In this document: positions 1 through 9,233 of the stretch, in pieces
Position numbering within the stretch: the stretch's first letter is position 1
How the letters are laid out: the number at the start of each line of letters is the position of its first letter
Source of the DNA: an uncultured Planctomycetales bacterium
GTDB lineage: Bacteria; Omnitrophota; Gorgyraeia; Zapsychrales; Zapsychraceae
Length of the DNA stretch: 46,057 nt
Assembly (NCBI GenBank): GCA_964348765.1
Contig: CAYGEE010000003.1
Location: 1-46,057 of the forward strand
Direction: 5' to 3'
The notes under the pieces: model-generated
What the model was told of the DNA's origin: nothing
Database searches by the model: none
Seen by the model: the letters and a program-made list of their open reading frames with translations, nothing else
Position numbers and translations under genes: made by a program

Positions 1-1093
1 CTTCATATTGCAATAAACTGATCAACCCTTCAACGCCCACAAATGAAGAATACCACTCGTTCTTAACAAGATCATAAAAATTATATCCATTAAGTTCATG
101 CTGCTTTGATAACCTCGGCAATATCAGAACAAATTTCAAACTTGAAAATATCATCCGCAACAAACATTTAAATTGTTTTCTAAAACTTAAGAATTCATCC
201 AAAATAAACAAATTATATCCACGAGATATGAATTCTTTTGTATGTTGAAGCATCTGTTCATAGGACATTTCATTATTGTATGTATATAGCCCAACCCAAG
301 CAGTCTTTTGAGGATTCTTGTCCATGGATTCTTGCAAATGTTTAAAAAATCTATTTTTAAAAATACCCTTCTCCGCCGCGTTTAGATCAAAACTTGGATA
401 GCCTGTAATGAACATATAAGAAAAATCCCCGCTCCGGACCTTCCCGCAAGCTCTTAAATAATCCCGCAATCTAAGGATCCTTATCAAATTTCGGATAAAA
501 TAGGCCATCAAAAAGAACACATGCCTCACAAAATAACAATATTGAGAGTTCTTAATACGTTCTCCAGTCGAAGAAATATCTCTGACGGGCAGTGCCGTTG
601 TCATTAATCCCTTCTTTCGGCCATGTTTTCTTAATACAGCTCTTAACTTGGCACTTGAACATCCCACAAAGATCTCATCCGGAGAATTTTCTTTCAAAGA
701 ATGAACAATCGCATCGAATTGCGACAATCTATTGAAAAAATCCGACTTAAAAACATTCTTCTCCGCAACAAGGCTTAACCACCACAAAGAAGCCTGAGGA
801 TCAATTGCAAAAAATGTTTTTAAGTCCTTACCGAATATTTTTATCTTCGATGGAAATTCAGAAATAAAGTCACGATATTGATCCTTTAGTCGATCAGCAG
901 AGCCATTGATAAGTTTCGCAGATCCCAGAATCTCAACCCGGCACTGAGCTTGCTCTAAAACTGATTTTATTGATGAAGTTATCTCGATATTTGAGGTAAG
1001 CGGGAATAGAAAAACTATTGTGTGGCCACGCCATGATTTGCTGCTGAATTTCTTAAGATCAATACTCGCATCATATATAAGGAAAGTTTTCAT
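1..1093 (-). CDS. Partial CDS (N-terminal ~364 aa; the 3' end runs off the window). Large uncharacterised glycan-locus protein, possibly paralogous to 7043..9076 and to the C-terminal part of 31832..34342.
   Basis: Absent from the ORF track because there is no stop in the window. Hand translation of the minus strand from ATG 1093..1091 gives an unbroken frame to position 1: MKTFLIYDASIDLKKFSSKSWRGHTIVFLF...DPQASLWWLSLVAEKNVF...GVEGLISLLQYE. It starts 16 nt after the stop of 1110..2177. Confidence 0.6.
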   Translation of the reverse strand, partial: MKTFLIYDASIDLKKFSSKSWRGHTIVFLFPLTSNIEITSSIKSVLEQAQCRVEILGSAKLINGSADRLKDQYRDFISEFPSKIKIFGKDLKTFFAIDPQASLWWLSLVAEKNVFKSDFFNRLSQFDAIVHSLKENSPDEIFVGCSSAKLRAVLRKHGRKKGLMTTALPVRDISSTGERIKNSQYCYFVRHVFFLMAYFIRNLIRILRLRDYLRACGKVRSGDFSYMFITGYPSFDLNAAEKGIFKNRFFKHLQESMDKNPQKTAWVGLYTYNNEMSYEQMLQHTKEFISRGYNLFILDEFLSFRKQFKCLLRMIFSSLKFVLILPRLSKQHELNGYNFYDLVKNEWYSSFVGVEGLISLLQYE

Positions 1094-1109
1094 GTCTTTA
1101 AAAAGTGCA

Positions 1110-2177
1110 TCACTTTGTATTCTCCCAAATACGCAAGAAGGCATCCCAAAATCGCTTCATCAACACCGATTCTCCCAAAGAAACCCGCAAATATTTTTTT
1201 AGAAAAGGCTGCTTAAAATGGCCACCGATGAGGATCTTTTTTGACTTTAATTTCTCTCTTATCTCATCTGCCCTTAAACCGCAATCGATCAAAACAAAAT
1301 TCGCCATCCCATTAACATAAGAAATGTTTTTCGATCCCAGTTTTGCGATCAAGAACTCCCGCCCTTTATTAACATCCTTGATCATCCGTTCGATAACTTT
1401 AGGCTGATCAAGGATCTTAAGCGCAAACGAAACACCTAAAGCATTAACATCATACGTCGGCCGAACGACCCGCAAATTCTGCGCGATCACCACGTTTGAC
1501 GCCACAAACCCAAGCCGTAAAGCCGCGATCCCGCACAGCTTGGAAAATGTCCGCAAAACGATCAAATTGTCATAATTCTTAACTTCCTTGATCACTGTTT
1601 CATTGTAATAATAGAAATACGCTTCATCGACGATCAAAAGGACATTATTCTTTTTAGCTTGATCAAGCAAGATTTTCATCTGAGCTTTTGTTAAAACCGA
1701 ACCCGTCGGATTATTAGGATTAACGACCACAGCCATTTTGATATTTTGGGATAAACTCTTAATAAGCTGATCAAATGGCAACGACAGATCAGAAGAATAT
1801 TCAACAAAAACAGGAACAGCCCCATACATACGGCAATAGATCGGATACATCGCGAACGTCGGATCCGTCAATAAAACCTTATCGCCAGGCTCAACAAAGG
1901 TTTCAAAAATATATTTGATCGCCGCGTCAGAACCATTTGATAAACAAATATTTTCCGGTTTAAGACCATTGACTTTAGCGATCTTCTCCTGCAGCTGGCC
2001 GTATTCCGGATAAGCTGATAAAAAATTCGCATCAATAGACGTTAAGATCTTTTTAATAAATGGTTCAGGCAGCCCCGAAGGATTTTCATTCATATCCAGG
2101 CGAAGACAATCCCTGCGCAGATCTTTAGAACTATCCATGCGCTCGATCTTCGATAAATGTTCTTTTATCTTTATCAT
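1110..2177 (-). CDS. PLP-dependent class I/II aminotransferase or decarboxylase, HisC/CobD family
   Basis: 355 aa. Motifs: LDMNENP, SNGSDAAI, NPNNPTGS, DEAY, and a PLP-lysine context RTFSK. ATGA overlap with the upstream gene. Confidence 0.75.
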   Translation of the reverse strand: MIKIKEHLSKIERMDSSKDLRRDCLRLDMNENPSGLPEPFIKKILTSIDANFLSAYPEYGQLQEKIAKVNGLKPENICLSNGSDAAIKYIFETFVEPGDKVLLTDPTFAMYPIYCRMYGAVPVFVEYSSDLSLPFDQLIKSLSQNIKMAVVVNPNNPTGSVLTKAQMKILLDQAKKNNVLLIVDEAYFYYYNETVIKEVKNYDNLIVLRTFSKLCGIAALRLGFVASNVVIAQNLRVVRPTYDVNALGVSFALKILDQPKVIERMIKDVNKGREFLIAKLGSKNISYVNGMANFVLIDCGLRADEIREKLKSKKILIGGHFKQPFLKKYLRVSLGESVLMKRFWDAFLRIWENTK

Positions 2178-3271
2178 AGGCTCGTCTGAAATTGCGGGCT
2201 ATTTTGAAAGGCGTTAATATCGACCACTGTCTTCGTTTCACAGGCCCTGCGGCTCGCTTCCAGAACACAAACAGAATGAAAAGCATCCTCTGCAGAACAA
2301 ACAGGCTTTTCTTGACCTAGGACCGAGTGATAAAAATTATTTAGAATAAACACATCCGATCGATCATATTGTTGAGCGACACTTCGAGTAACGATATCCT
2401 TGGTCAGATCGATCCGCCCGCCACCACTCTTAGGATAGAACCATAATGGCGGCTCCAGCCATTCACTGTCATTAACAAAACTCCCATTCTCTCCCTCGAC
2501 AACTAAAGATTCTTGCGCGATGCCTTTACTCATTGAAGAGATCGTTCCCGTATAAATGACATCAACATTCCTTTTTGTCTTTAAATGCAAATTCAATCCC
2601 GTATCAGAGTGATACAAACTCCAGGACGGCTTAAAAGAATTTCCAACGACACTGACAAACTCATCATCGAGGATATAACGCATCAGATCCAAATGATGGA
2701 TCCCCATCGCGTAAAGAAGCGGGAATTTTTCCTCAAAAATATATTTGGGATATTGCGAATTCTCACGATTGCGGACATACCGAAAAAAAACATGACCAAT
2801 CCGCCCCAAAGTCCCTTTTTTGATCTCTGTGGCAAGCGTCTGAGCAACGTCCTTCGTTCGCCAATTCTGAATGACAGAAACGATCCGGCCTTTCGACTTG
2901 ATCAAAGAAAGCAGCTGCTTCCCATCATTTAAATTCTCAACGAACGGCTTCTCGACTATAATATGCAAATTAGCTTCAAGCGCTGCCTTTATAGTTGCAT
3001 AATGATATTCGATCGGATTCGTTATCAGGATCGCATCAGCAGGAACACTTTTAAGCATCGCATGAAAATCCAGAAACGTTTGTTCCTTTTTCAAATATCC
3101 GCGATCAATGATCCGCCCGATCGCTTCCTGCGAAACATCATGCGCGGCAACCAGCTCGAAATTTTCAGATCGCTTGATCAACTCAACCCAGCCGAGCCAA
3201 TTGGACTGCTCAATCTTTTTAGGAAGCGAACGATTGCCGATCCCGGTTAATATGATTTTTAATTTCTTCAT
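2174..3271 (-). CDS. Gfo/Idh/MocA family NAD(P)-dependent oxidoreductase
   Basis: 365 aa. N-terminal Rossmann segment KIILTGIGNRS and the EKP motif (IIVEKPF). ATG at 3271. Confidence 0.7.
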   Translation of the reverse strand: MKKLKIILTGIGNRSLPKKIEQSNWLGWVELIKRSENFELVAAHDVSQEAIGRIIDRGYLKKEQTFLDFHAMLKSVPADAILITNPIEYHYATIKAALEANLHIIVEKPFVENLNDGKQLLSLIKSKGRIVSVIQNWRTKDVAQTLATEIKKGTLGRIGHVFFRYVRNRENSQYPKYIFEEKFPLLYAMGIHHLDLMRYILDDEFVSVVGNSFKPSWSLYHSDTGLNLHLKTKRNVDVIYTGTISSMSKGIAQESLVVEGENGSFVNDSEWLEPPLWFYPKSGGGRIDLTKDIVTRSVAQQYDRSDVFILNNFYHSVLGQEKPVCSAEDAFHSVCVLEASRRACETKTVVDINAFQNSPQFQTSL

Positions 3272-3332
3272 AAATTATATTTTTAATACACCATTAGTAC
3301 AAACGCATAAAATAAAGCTGCATTACACTAGC

Positions 3333-3429
3333 TGTGTCATCGCGAGGAGGACTGTGTAAAATAATTTTCCCGACGAAGCGATCTTTTAGATTGCTTCGTT
3401 AATAGCGCAAGGGCTTCTCGCAATGACAC
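3333..3429. repeat. Nested-palindrome intergenic repeat, copy 1 (divergent)
   Basis: tgtgtcatcgcgagg...cgacgaagcgatcttttagattgcttcg...ctcgcaatgacac. The outer arms GTCAT(T/C)GCGAG/CTCGCAATGAC enclose the inner palindrome CGAAGC(A/G)ATCT/AGATTGCTTCG. Confidence 0.85.
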
Positions 3430-3435
3430 CGTTGT

Positions 3436-4383
3436 TTATTCCTTTTTTCCAACAACAGACCAAACTCTGTCCCCATAGCCATGCGAAGTTAAGAATTCCT
3501 GATACAGCTTATTGAATTTCCCCCACAAAACTTCCCAATCATCCAGGGGAATCGAATCAACTACTGAAATATTCGGGATCCCTTTTCTTGAAGCCAAAAC
3601 ATCGCTTGGTTTTCGCAAATAAGCCCAATTAATATGATTTGTGATCGGATATTCCTGAATAACATCGATCGCGCCCGTCAAGCCAACCTTATCAAACAAG
3701 TATTTCATCGTTTTCTGATTGTAATAATACAAATGTTCAATGCAATAATAGAATTTCCTGAATTCCGGGATCTCATAAAAATTAACCAAAGCATCTTGGA
3801 TATTGGGAACCAAGATTATGAACTTTCCAGTCGGTTTAAGGAACTTTTTCAAATGACTTAAAAACTCCACCGGTTCGGCAATATGCTCAAGAACAAAGAT
3901 CATGACAATATAATCAAAAGTCCCTTCTTTAAAACGCGTTTCCAGCGGCGCGTCCGAAACATCCTGCTTTAAAACATTGCGGCAGAATTCGACTTCTTTT
4001 TTGTTTAGCTCCGAACCATAAATTTTCGCTGTTTTATCTTTGATCAGATCGATCAAATGTCCCGTCGAGCAACCGACGTCCAGAACAATTTCTTTCCCGG
4101 TTAAAATTTCACGCAGTTTATCCGCCCAGATCTTTGTGGCCTTAAGCATCTTTTGATAATACGCCTGCGGGTCCAACGCATCGGGTGTGACATGCGTTAA
4201 ATAAGTCTGATGATAATCGCCCTCATAAAAATCTTTTGGAAATTTAAAAGAAGCTTGGTCAAGAAATGTTAGATCGCAACCTAAACAGCGATAGACATCG
4301 GCTTTATTTCCGAATCTCAATTCATTGGTCAGTAAATTTAACTTTGTTGAAACACAAAGCGGGCATTTCACTATCGGGCTCAA
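3436..4383 (-). CDS. Class I SAM-dependent methyltransferase with N-terminal zinc-ribbon
   Basis: 315 aa. CPLC...CLGC cysteine pairs and SAM motif I VLDVGCSTG. The track start is TTG 4383 (TTGA overlap with the upstream stop); GTG at 4371 is an alternative. Confidence 0.7.
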   Translation of the reverse strand: MSPIVKCPLCVSTKLNLLTNELRFGNKADVYRCLGCDLTFLDQASFKFPKDFYEGDYHQTYLTHVTPDALDPQAYYQKMLKATKIWADKLREILTGKEIVLDVGCSTGHLIDLIKDKTAKIYGSELNKKEVEFCRNVLKQDVSDAPLETRFKEGTFDYIVMIFVLEHIAEPVEFLSHLKKFLKPTGKFIILVPNIQDALVNFYEIPEFRKFYYCIEHLYYYNQKTMKYLFDKVGLTGAIDVIQEYPITNHINWAYLRKPSDVLASRKGIPNISVVDSIPLDDWEVLWGKFNKLYQEFLTSHGYGDRVWSVVGKKE

Positions 4384-5324
4384 ACCTTCACCCCTTTCAT
4401 CTCTTTTTCAACCATCCGTTTGATCCCCTCTTTAATATCAACTTTCGGCGACCATCCGAGATCTTTTTTTATTCTTTTATTATCACCAAAAACACCGAAT
4501 TGATCCCCGATCGTTCCCTTTAAGAATTCAACCAGATATTTATCATCAGAGATCGCCTGTCTTAAAAACTTGATCACATCTTCTACCGTCGTTTTAACGC
4601 CGCCGCACAAATTGTAAGTTTTTCCATAAGCTTTCGGATTTTGATACGCCAACATCCAGGCATCAACAACATCATCCATATAAACAAAATCCCTGAAACG
4701 CTCTTTCGTACCTTTAACTTGGATCGGCATGCGATCGAGGATATAAGATAAATAAATACTGATCATCCCCTGCATTTTATTATCCAAATTCTGCCCGGGA
4801 CCGTAGACGCTGAACAATCTAAAGATCGTCGTCGGAATCCCCATCGATTGATAGATGCGCAGATAATTCTCGGCTGATAACTTCGCTGACGCGTAAAAAG
4901 TCTTAGGACTCAAAGGACAATTTTCATCAACAGGCAAGCTCGGCGGATCGCCGTAAATGGCCATCGAACTTGCGTAAAGGAATTGTTTTAACCCTTTTCC
5001 CTTTTTCGCCCATTCCAATAAATTCACAGTGCTTAAAACATGACTTCGGCAATCTTTGACCGGGTCAAGAAACGATGCTTCACCGGAGGATTGTCCGGCC
5101 AGATGAAAGATCGCGTCACATTTAACTTCTTTTAACTTGGAATATTGACTTTCAATCCCAAGATCGATCTTAATAAAATCCGCCTTCTGAGGAAGATTCC
5201 CCTTCTTCCCCGTCGACAGATCATCCAAGATCGTCACCTTATAATTATCTGAAAGAAGCCGCCGGGCCATTTGCGAGCCGATAAAACCCGCTCCGCCGGT
5301 GACGATGATGTGTTCCTTGCTCAA
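4380..5324 (-). CDS. NAD-dependent epimerase/dehydratase (extended SDR, UDP-sugar 4-epimerase/decarboxylase-like)
   Basis: 314 aa. VTGGAGFIGS glycine motif and catalytic YASAK. TTG start at 5324 preceded by AAGGAA. Confidence 0.75.
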   Translation of the reverse strand: MSKEHIIVTGGAGFIGSQMARRLLSDNYKVTILDDLSTGKKGNLPQKADFIKIDLGIESQYSKLKEVKCDAIFHLAGQSSGEASFLDPVKDCRSHVLSTVNLLEWAKKGKGLKQFLYASSMAIYGDPPSLPVDENCPLSPKTFYASAKLSAENYLRIYQSMGIPTTIFRLFSVYGPGQNLDNKMQGMISIYLSYILDRMPIQVKGTKERFRDFVYMDDVVDAWMLAYQNPKAYGKTYNLCGGVKTTVEDVIKFLRQAISDDKYLVEFLKGTIGDQFGVFGDNKRIKKDLGWSPKVDIKEGIKRMVEKEMKGVKV

Positions 5325-5340
5325 TTTAATTTCCTTTAAA

Positions 5341-5420
5341 GAAGCTAGATGTTAGAAGTTAGATGCTAGAAAAAAACTTTCCTTCTAGCTTCTAGTTTCT
5401 AACTTCTAATTTCTAATTTC
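5341..5420. repeat. Inverted arrays of tandem 7-bp repeats forming an imperfect AT-rich hairpin
   Basis: Left array 5345..5372: ctagatg ttagaag ttagatg ctagaaa. Right array 5382..5416: cttctag cttctag tttctaa cttctaa tttctaa. About 18 of 21 positions pair around an 11-nt loop. Confidence 0.8.
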
Positions 5421-6173
5421 CTATTTTCTATTTATTTTTTTAGCTACCTTCACCTTATTCTTCTTCAACCAATACTCAACCGCCGGCATTTGCCAGTCAT
5501 AATCAACGTCAAATCCGCCTTCTTGTTTTAATGGATAAATCCTTTGGCCCATCCAACGTTGCGGCAACAAACCTTCTTTAATGTTATCCAAATTCCTCGT
5601 CCGCACGATCGACACACCCATGTCGGCAAAATAGACATCACCCTGTGAATCACGACTGTCGGATAATTTAGATGGATCACCCAGCGCTTCAAAAGGGACA
5701 AATGGTTTTAAAAGGCCTTCTTTATCCAAACGCCTGGCACGCAGCGGGCTCCACATATTATAACGGGAAACACTCACGGCCGAATCGTACGTCGGATTCT
5801 TTCTTAAGACTTCGATTCCCGTGTCGATCAGTTGCGGCGTGATCGTCGCGGCATTACACATCAGAAGAACGATAAACTCAATATCTGCTGTAACATTATC
5901 TCGAATCCAATGATATCCGTGGATAAGGACATCTTGGCCCAATGCTTTCGACGTACACAACTCCGCCGGACGGTCAATGATATTCGCCCCGTGATTGCGC
6001 GAGATCTTTTTTATTTTATCATCATCCGTCGAAACAAAAGTTTCATCAATATGTTTAGAATTTAACGCCGCCGAGAGAGGATAAAGCATCATCGGATGCC
6101 CGGCGATCGGGTATAAATTTTTCCCTGGAAACCCAACACTTCCCTTTCGTCCAATTAACAATGCCGCGATCAT
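5421..6173 (-). CDS. Cytidylyltransferase, CMP-sugar synthetase (NeuA/acylneuraminate cytidylyltransferase-like) family
   Basis: 250 aa. The N-terminus LLIGRKGSVGFPGKN matches the RxGSKxxPxKN-type signature. ATGA overlap with the upstream paralog. Confidence 0.65.
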   Translation of the reverse strand: MIAALLIGRKGSVGFPGKNLYPIAGHPMMLYPLSAALNSKHIDETFVSTDDDKIKKISRNHGANIIDRPAELCTSKALGQDVLIHGYHWIRDNVTADIEFIVLLMCNAATITPQLIDTGIEVLRKNPTYDSAVSVSRYNMWSPLRARRLDKEGLLKPFVPFEALGDPSKLSDSRDSQGDVYFADMGVSIVRTRNLDNIKEGLLPQRWMGQRIYPLKQEGGFDVDYDWQMPAVEYWLKKNKVKVAKKINRK

Positions 6174-6925
6174 GCGTTCTCCTTGATCTTATCTTTCGTT
6201 CTCTTCATTCCCTTATAACCTAAATGCTTGACTAAAAACTCCAACCAACGGATATCATTGATCGTATGAACATCAACAAAACAATTCGGATTATGATATT
6301 CCTGTTTGATCCCTTTGATCTTTTTTCCTAAATAATTCCAAGGCTTAATGCCTTCCTCGCGATTCAACCAAGAATGATAGGTGAAACATTCCACCACATG
6401 ATCGATCTCATAACCTTGACTATTCTGCCGGGATCCGGAAACATTTTTTTGCGAATCAGGAAAATACGGCACCAAATAATCCCCGTCGATCTTCATCGTC
6501 GCTTCAGGAATAAATGGTGTTCTGCGGATCGTTACAACCGAATCATACTTGGGATTTTTAGTTAAAAAAGTGAAACAACGGTCAAAAATATCCGGGTCAC
6601 GAAAAGGCACAACGCATTGCGGTATCGCGACATGTTTTAATTGCGGGAAACGTTCTTTAAGAGATCGCATCGCCTGATCAACGGCATCCATAAATTTCTC
6701 ATTTTTGGCTAATTCATCATCGCGCATAATGATCTCAGCTCCCGCTTTCTTGGCGATGCGGGCTGTCTTTTTGCCATTAGTACTTACAAAAACCTTATCC
6801 ACCGTCTTTGACTTTTTCGCATCTAAAATCGTCCACTCCAAAAGGCTACGGCCCTTGATCTTCCAGATATTCTTCCCCGGAAGGCCGAAACTTCCCTCTT
6901 TTGCCATGATAAGAACGACGTTCAT
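6170..6925 (-). CDS. Cytidylyltransferase, CMP-sugar synthetase (NeuA-like) family; divergent tandem paralog of 5421..6173
   Basis: 251 aa. N-terminus VLIMAKEGSFGLPGKN. GAGGT Shine-Dalgarno about 8 nt upstream of ATG 6925. Confidence 0.65.
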   Translation of the reverse strand: MNVVLIMAKEGSFGLPGKNIWKIKGRSLLEWTILDAKKSKTVDKVFVSTNGKKTARIAKKAGAEIIMRDDELAKNEKFMDAVDQAMRSLKERFPQLKHVAIPQCVVPFRDPDIFDRCFTFLTKNPKYDSVVTIRRTPFIPEATMKIDGDYLVPYFPDSQKNVSGSRQNSQGYEIDHVVECFTYHSWLNREEGIKPWNYLGKKIKGIKQEYHNPNCFVDVHTINDIRWLEFLVKHLGYKGMKRTKDKIKENA

Positions 6926-6951
6926 TTTCTTACCTCACTATTGAAATATAC

Positions 6952-7100
6952 GCTGTGTGCGAGTTATTCGCTCCTGTGTCATTGCGAGCGCTTTTTGCGA
7001 AGCAATCTTTTAAGATACTCTAAAAGATTGCTTCGTCGCCTTTTACATAAAAACTTTTAAGCTCCTCGCAATGACACAAAGAAGAAAACTCGCGCACGGC
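6952..7100. repeat. Nested-palindrome repeat, copy 2 (long ~150-bp form; core 6975..7078)
   Basis: Roughly 90% identical by eye to copy 26848..26995. A third, outermost inverted pair is present: gctgtgtgcgagtt / aactcgcgcacggc. Confidence 0.9.
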
Positions 7101-9076
7101 GTGAAACATTGTTGAACAAACTTCTTATAGTTCTCTCTAAAATCCTTCGGGTATTTAAATGTTTCTAAATCATAATCACTCAAGACTTCCTTGTCAAAGA
7201 TATTTAATATTTTACGGACACCTAAAGTCAAATATTCTTCCCGAGCAACATAATACGCAGGCTTTTTGACGAGACTTACAAATTCTTTCGATTCTTCGAG
7301 ATTAAAATGATTATACCGATCCCATTTGTCATACAACAAAACGGGAATATTATTCTGCAGGGCTTCTTCAATACACGTTGATGAATAGCTGACCATAAGA
7401 TCAGCCACTGAAAGGACCTTCTGGAACGATCCTTGATCGATGATCTTCACTCTCTTAGAATCCGGCAAAAGCAAACGAAATTCATCCTGACTCAGATCAC
7501 AACAAGGATGCGGACGGATCACAAAAAGAACATCCTCCAAAGCATTGACTGCATTCACCAGATCCCTTAACGTCGAAACATATTCATCTAACGTCTCGGC
7601 AATATGAAAGCGCATATTGCTTCTGTCTTTCTGAGTAGAAGCATGGACCATGATCTTTTGACAGTCAAATTCCTTCAAAAGATCTTTTTTAACCCCCTCG
7701 ACAACTTTTTGATCCTTAACGGAAAATAAAAGCGGACCAGAAAGAACTCGCGGACGTTTATCCTGATAATAATTCAAAAACTTCTCCGTCCATGGAGTCT
7801 GAACAGCAACATATTCAAATGTATTCGTAATAACACTTAACGACAACCGATAATTCTCGATCTTTTCAAATTTATTATTAGGAGGAACATGTGTCCCATG
7901 ACTAATATTTAATGATCGACAACCTACAACTCGGCTTAGATCGCCCATCACATGATAAAGCCCCAAACTATACATCGACATGATCAATTGAGGTTTTACA
8001 CTTTTGTAGATCCTCGCTAACACTTCTGTTAAATGCTGCAAACAAAGGATCTCATTTCGTAAACCCGTATCCACTTTGTTCGCCAAATAATCGCCCAGAA
8101 ATAAATCTTCATAAAACAACATCTTTTGCGCTTTATCGGTTAACTTTCCCTTTAAACCAAGAAACTGTCTGTTAATCTCATCTTGTTTCTTTTTATTTTT
8201 CTTAACTCGCATCTGCAAAGAATCAATCGGAACGACAAAATCCAGAACACTTTTATTCTTAAATTTCCCGACGACATTCTTTAAGATATAATAAACTTTA
8301 AATAATTCCGCCTTTAGCGTTCTCCCGCCTTTCCAGATCATCACGCATTTGGCCTGCGGTTGCGTTTCCTTGATCTCAAAAAGCAAACTGTCCATTCGAT
8401 AAGAGATCGCCGGAACAATAACGAATTGGTCAGAAGGATTTTTTGCGCTAAATAGTACGAATGATGTTATAAACGAAACGATCTTTGCCAATACTCCGGC
8501 ACACCATGTTGCGATGATCTCAAAGACATTACTTGAAAGGGACGTCTCCATTGCCAATCCATGAAATTCCAGATTATTGATCCGGCAAAAATCACGCGTG
8601 ATAAGTCCCAAAAAACGCTCTTGATCCTCAATATAAGCATCTTTGCCGTACATTGCCTTCTCATTAATAACAATACAGCAATGGATCTCTTTGGGGTTAT
8701 GTTTTATCCTAACATTCCTTAATATTTCCACAAGCCACAATAAATGAGTGATATAAGAGCGCAAATAATAAAAATTGGTCTCATAATAACCCTTTTCAAT
8801 GCCAAAACCGTCTCGAATATCAATATCGAGCAATAATGCCGTCGTTAATTCTTCCGTTTTTAAAATGATCCGATGTTGGACATCATTATCCAGATAATTG
8901 ACCGTATCAAAAGCGTCTATTCCTTCTTTCTTCAAGAAAGCCCTGACCTTAGGATGAAGACAAATAACGCGGGTATCCGCACTCAAAAAGAAGTCACGGC
9001 CATAGCTTTTCAAGAGCTTTTCGGCTTCATCAACAAATTCTATCAATAGGACTTTCACTGCAGACCAGTCTCCCAA
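7043..9076 (-). CDS. Large uncharacterised protein. The C-terminal third resembles GT-B / TagF-type (CDP-alditol phosphotransferase) or capsule-synthesis enzymes.
   Basis: 677 aa. Patterns NISHGTHV, VIRPHP and LMVSYSSTCIEEALQNNIPVLLYD recall the TagF-like HP and DYSS motifs. The track start is TTG 9076; GTG 9058 (VKVLLIEF) is equally plausible. The last ~20 codons and the stop lie inside repeat copy 6952..7100. Confidence 0.4.
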   Translation of the reverse strand: MGDWSAVKVLLIEFVDEAEKLLKSYGRDFFLSADTRVICLHPKVRAFLKKEGIDAFDTVNYLDNDVQHRIILKTEELTTALLLDIDIRDGFGIEKGYYETNFYYLRSYITHLLWLVEILRNVRIKHNPKEIHCCIVINEKAMYGKDAYIEDQERFLGLITRDFCRINNLEFHGLAMETSLSSNVFEIIATWCAGVLAKIVSFITSFVLFSAKNPSDQFVIVPAISYRMDSLLFEIKETQPQAKCVMIWKGGRTLKAELFKVYYILKNVVGKFKNKSVLDFVVPIDSLQMRVKKNKKKQDEINRQFLGLKGKLTDKAQKMLFYEDLFLGDYLANKVDTGLRNEILCLQHLTEVLARIYKSVKPQLIMSMYSLGLYHVMGDLSRVVGCRSLNISHGTHVPPNNKFEKIENYRLSLSVITNTFEYVAVQTPWTEKFLNYYQDKRPRVLSGPLLFSVKDQKVVEGVKKDLLKEFDCQKIMVHASTQKDRSNMRFHIAETLDEYVSTLRDLVNAVNALEDVLFVIRPHPCCDLSQDEFRLLLPDSKRVKIIDQGSFQKVLSVADLMVSYSSTCIEEALQNNIPVLLYDKWDRYNHFNLEESKEFVSLVKKPAYYVAREEYLTLGVRKILNIFDKEVLSDYDLETFKYPKDFRENYKKFVQQCFTPCASFLLCVIARSLKVFM

Positions 9077-9233
9077 ATAGGGTCAAATAAGGCTATAAAG
9101 ATATAAAACAAGATTGTTATTTATATCAAATTTTATGACGGGTGTAAAGAATCTTCCCCCTTCTCTAATTCTTAAAAAATTACCGCTCCAGAAGACTCCC
9201 CGCCCCCCACAAAGAACACAATGGATAATTTAC

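Noticed and set aside
1020-1320. Two short plus-strand ORFs (1020..1202 and 1105..1320)
   Set aside because: They overlap the start of the hand-translated minus-strand gene (1..1093) and the 3' end of the aminotransferase gene. They have no features of real genes.
2779-2790. Homopolymer tracts (A8 near 2783..2790, A8 near 21257, T8 near 27833, C6 near 9203) as phase-variation switches like the poly-G tracts of Campylobacter glycosylation loci
   Set aside because: The runs are short (8 or fewer) and mostly A/T in an AT-rich sequence. No G/C run of 8 or more was seen, so there is no evidence of slippage.
5325-5420. The heptamer hairpin as a canonical rho-independent terminator
   Set aside because: The stem is AT-rich and imperfect. 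On the transcribed (minus) strand it is followed by AACAUCUAGC rather than a U-tract. It is kept as an unusual repeat instead.
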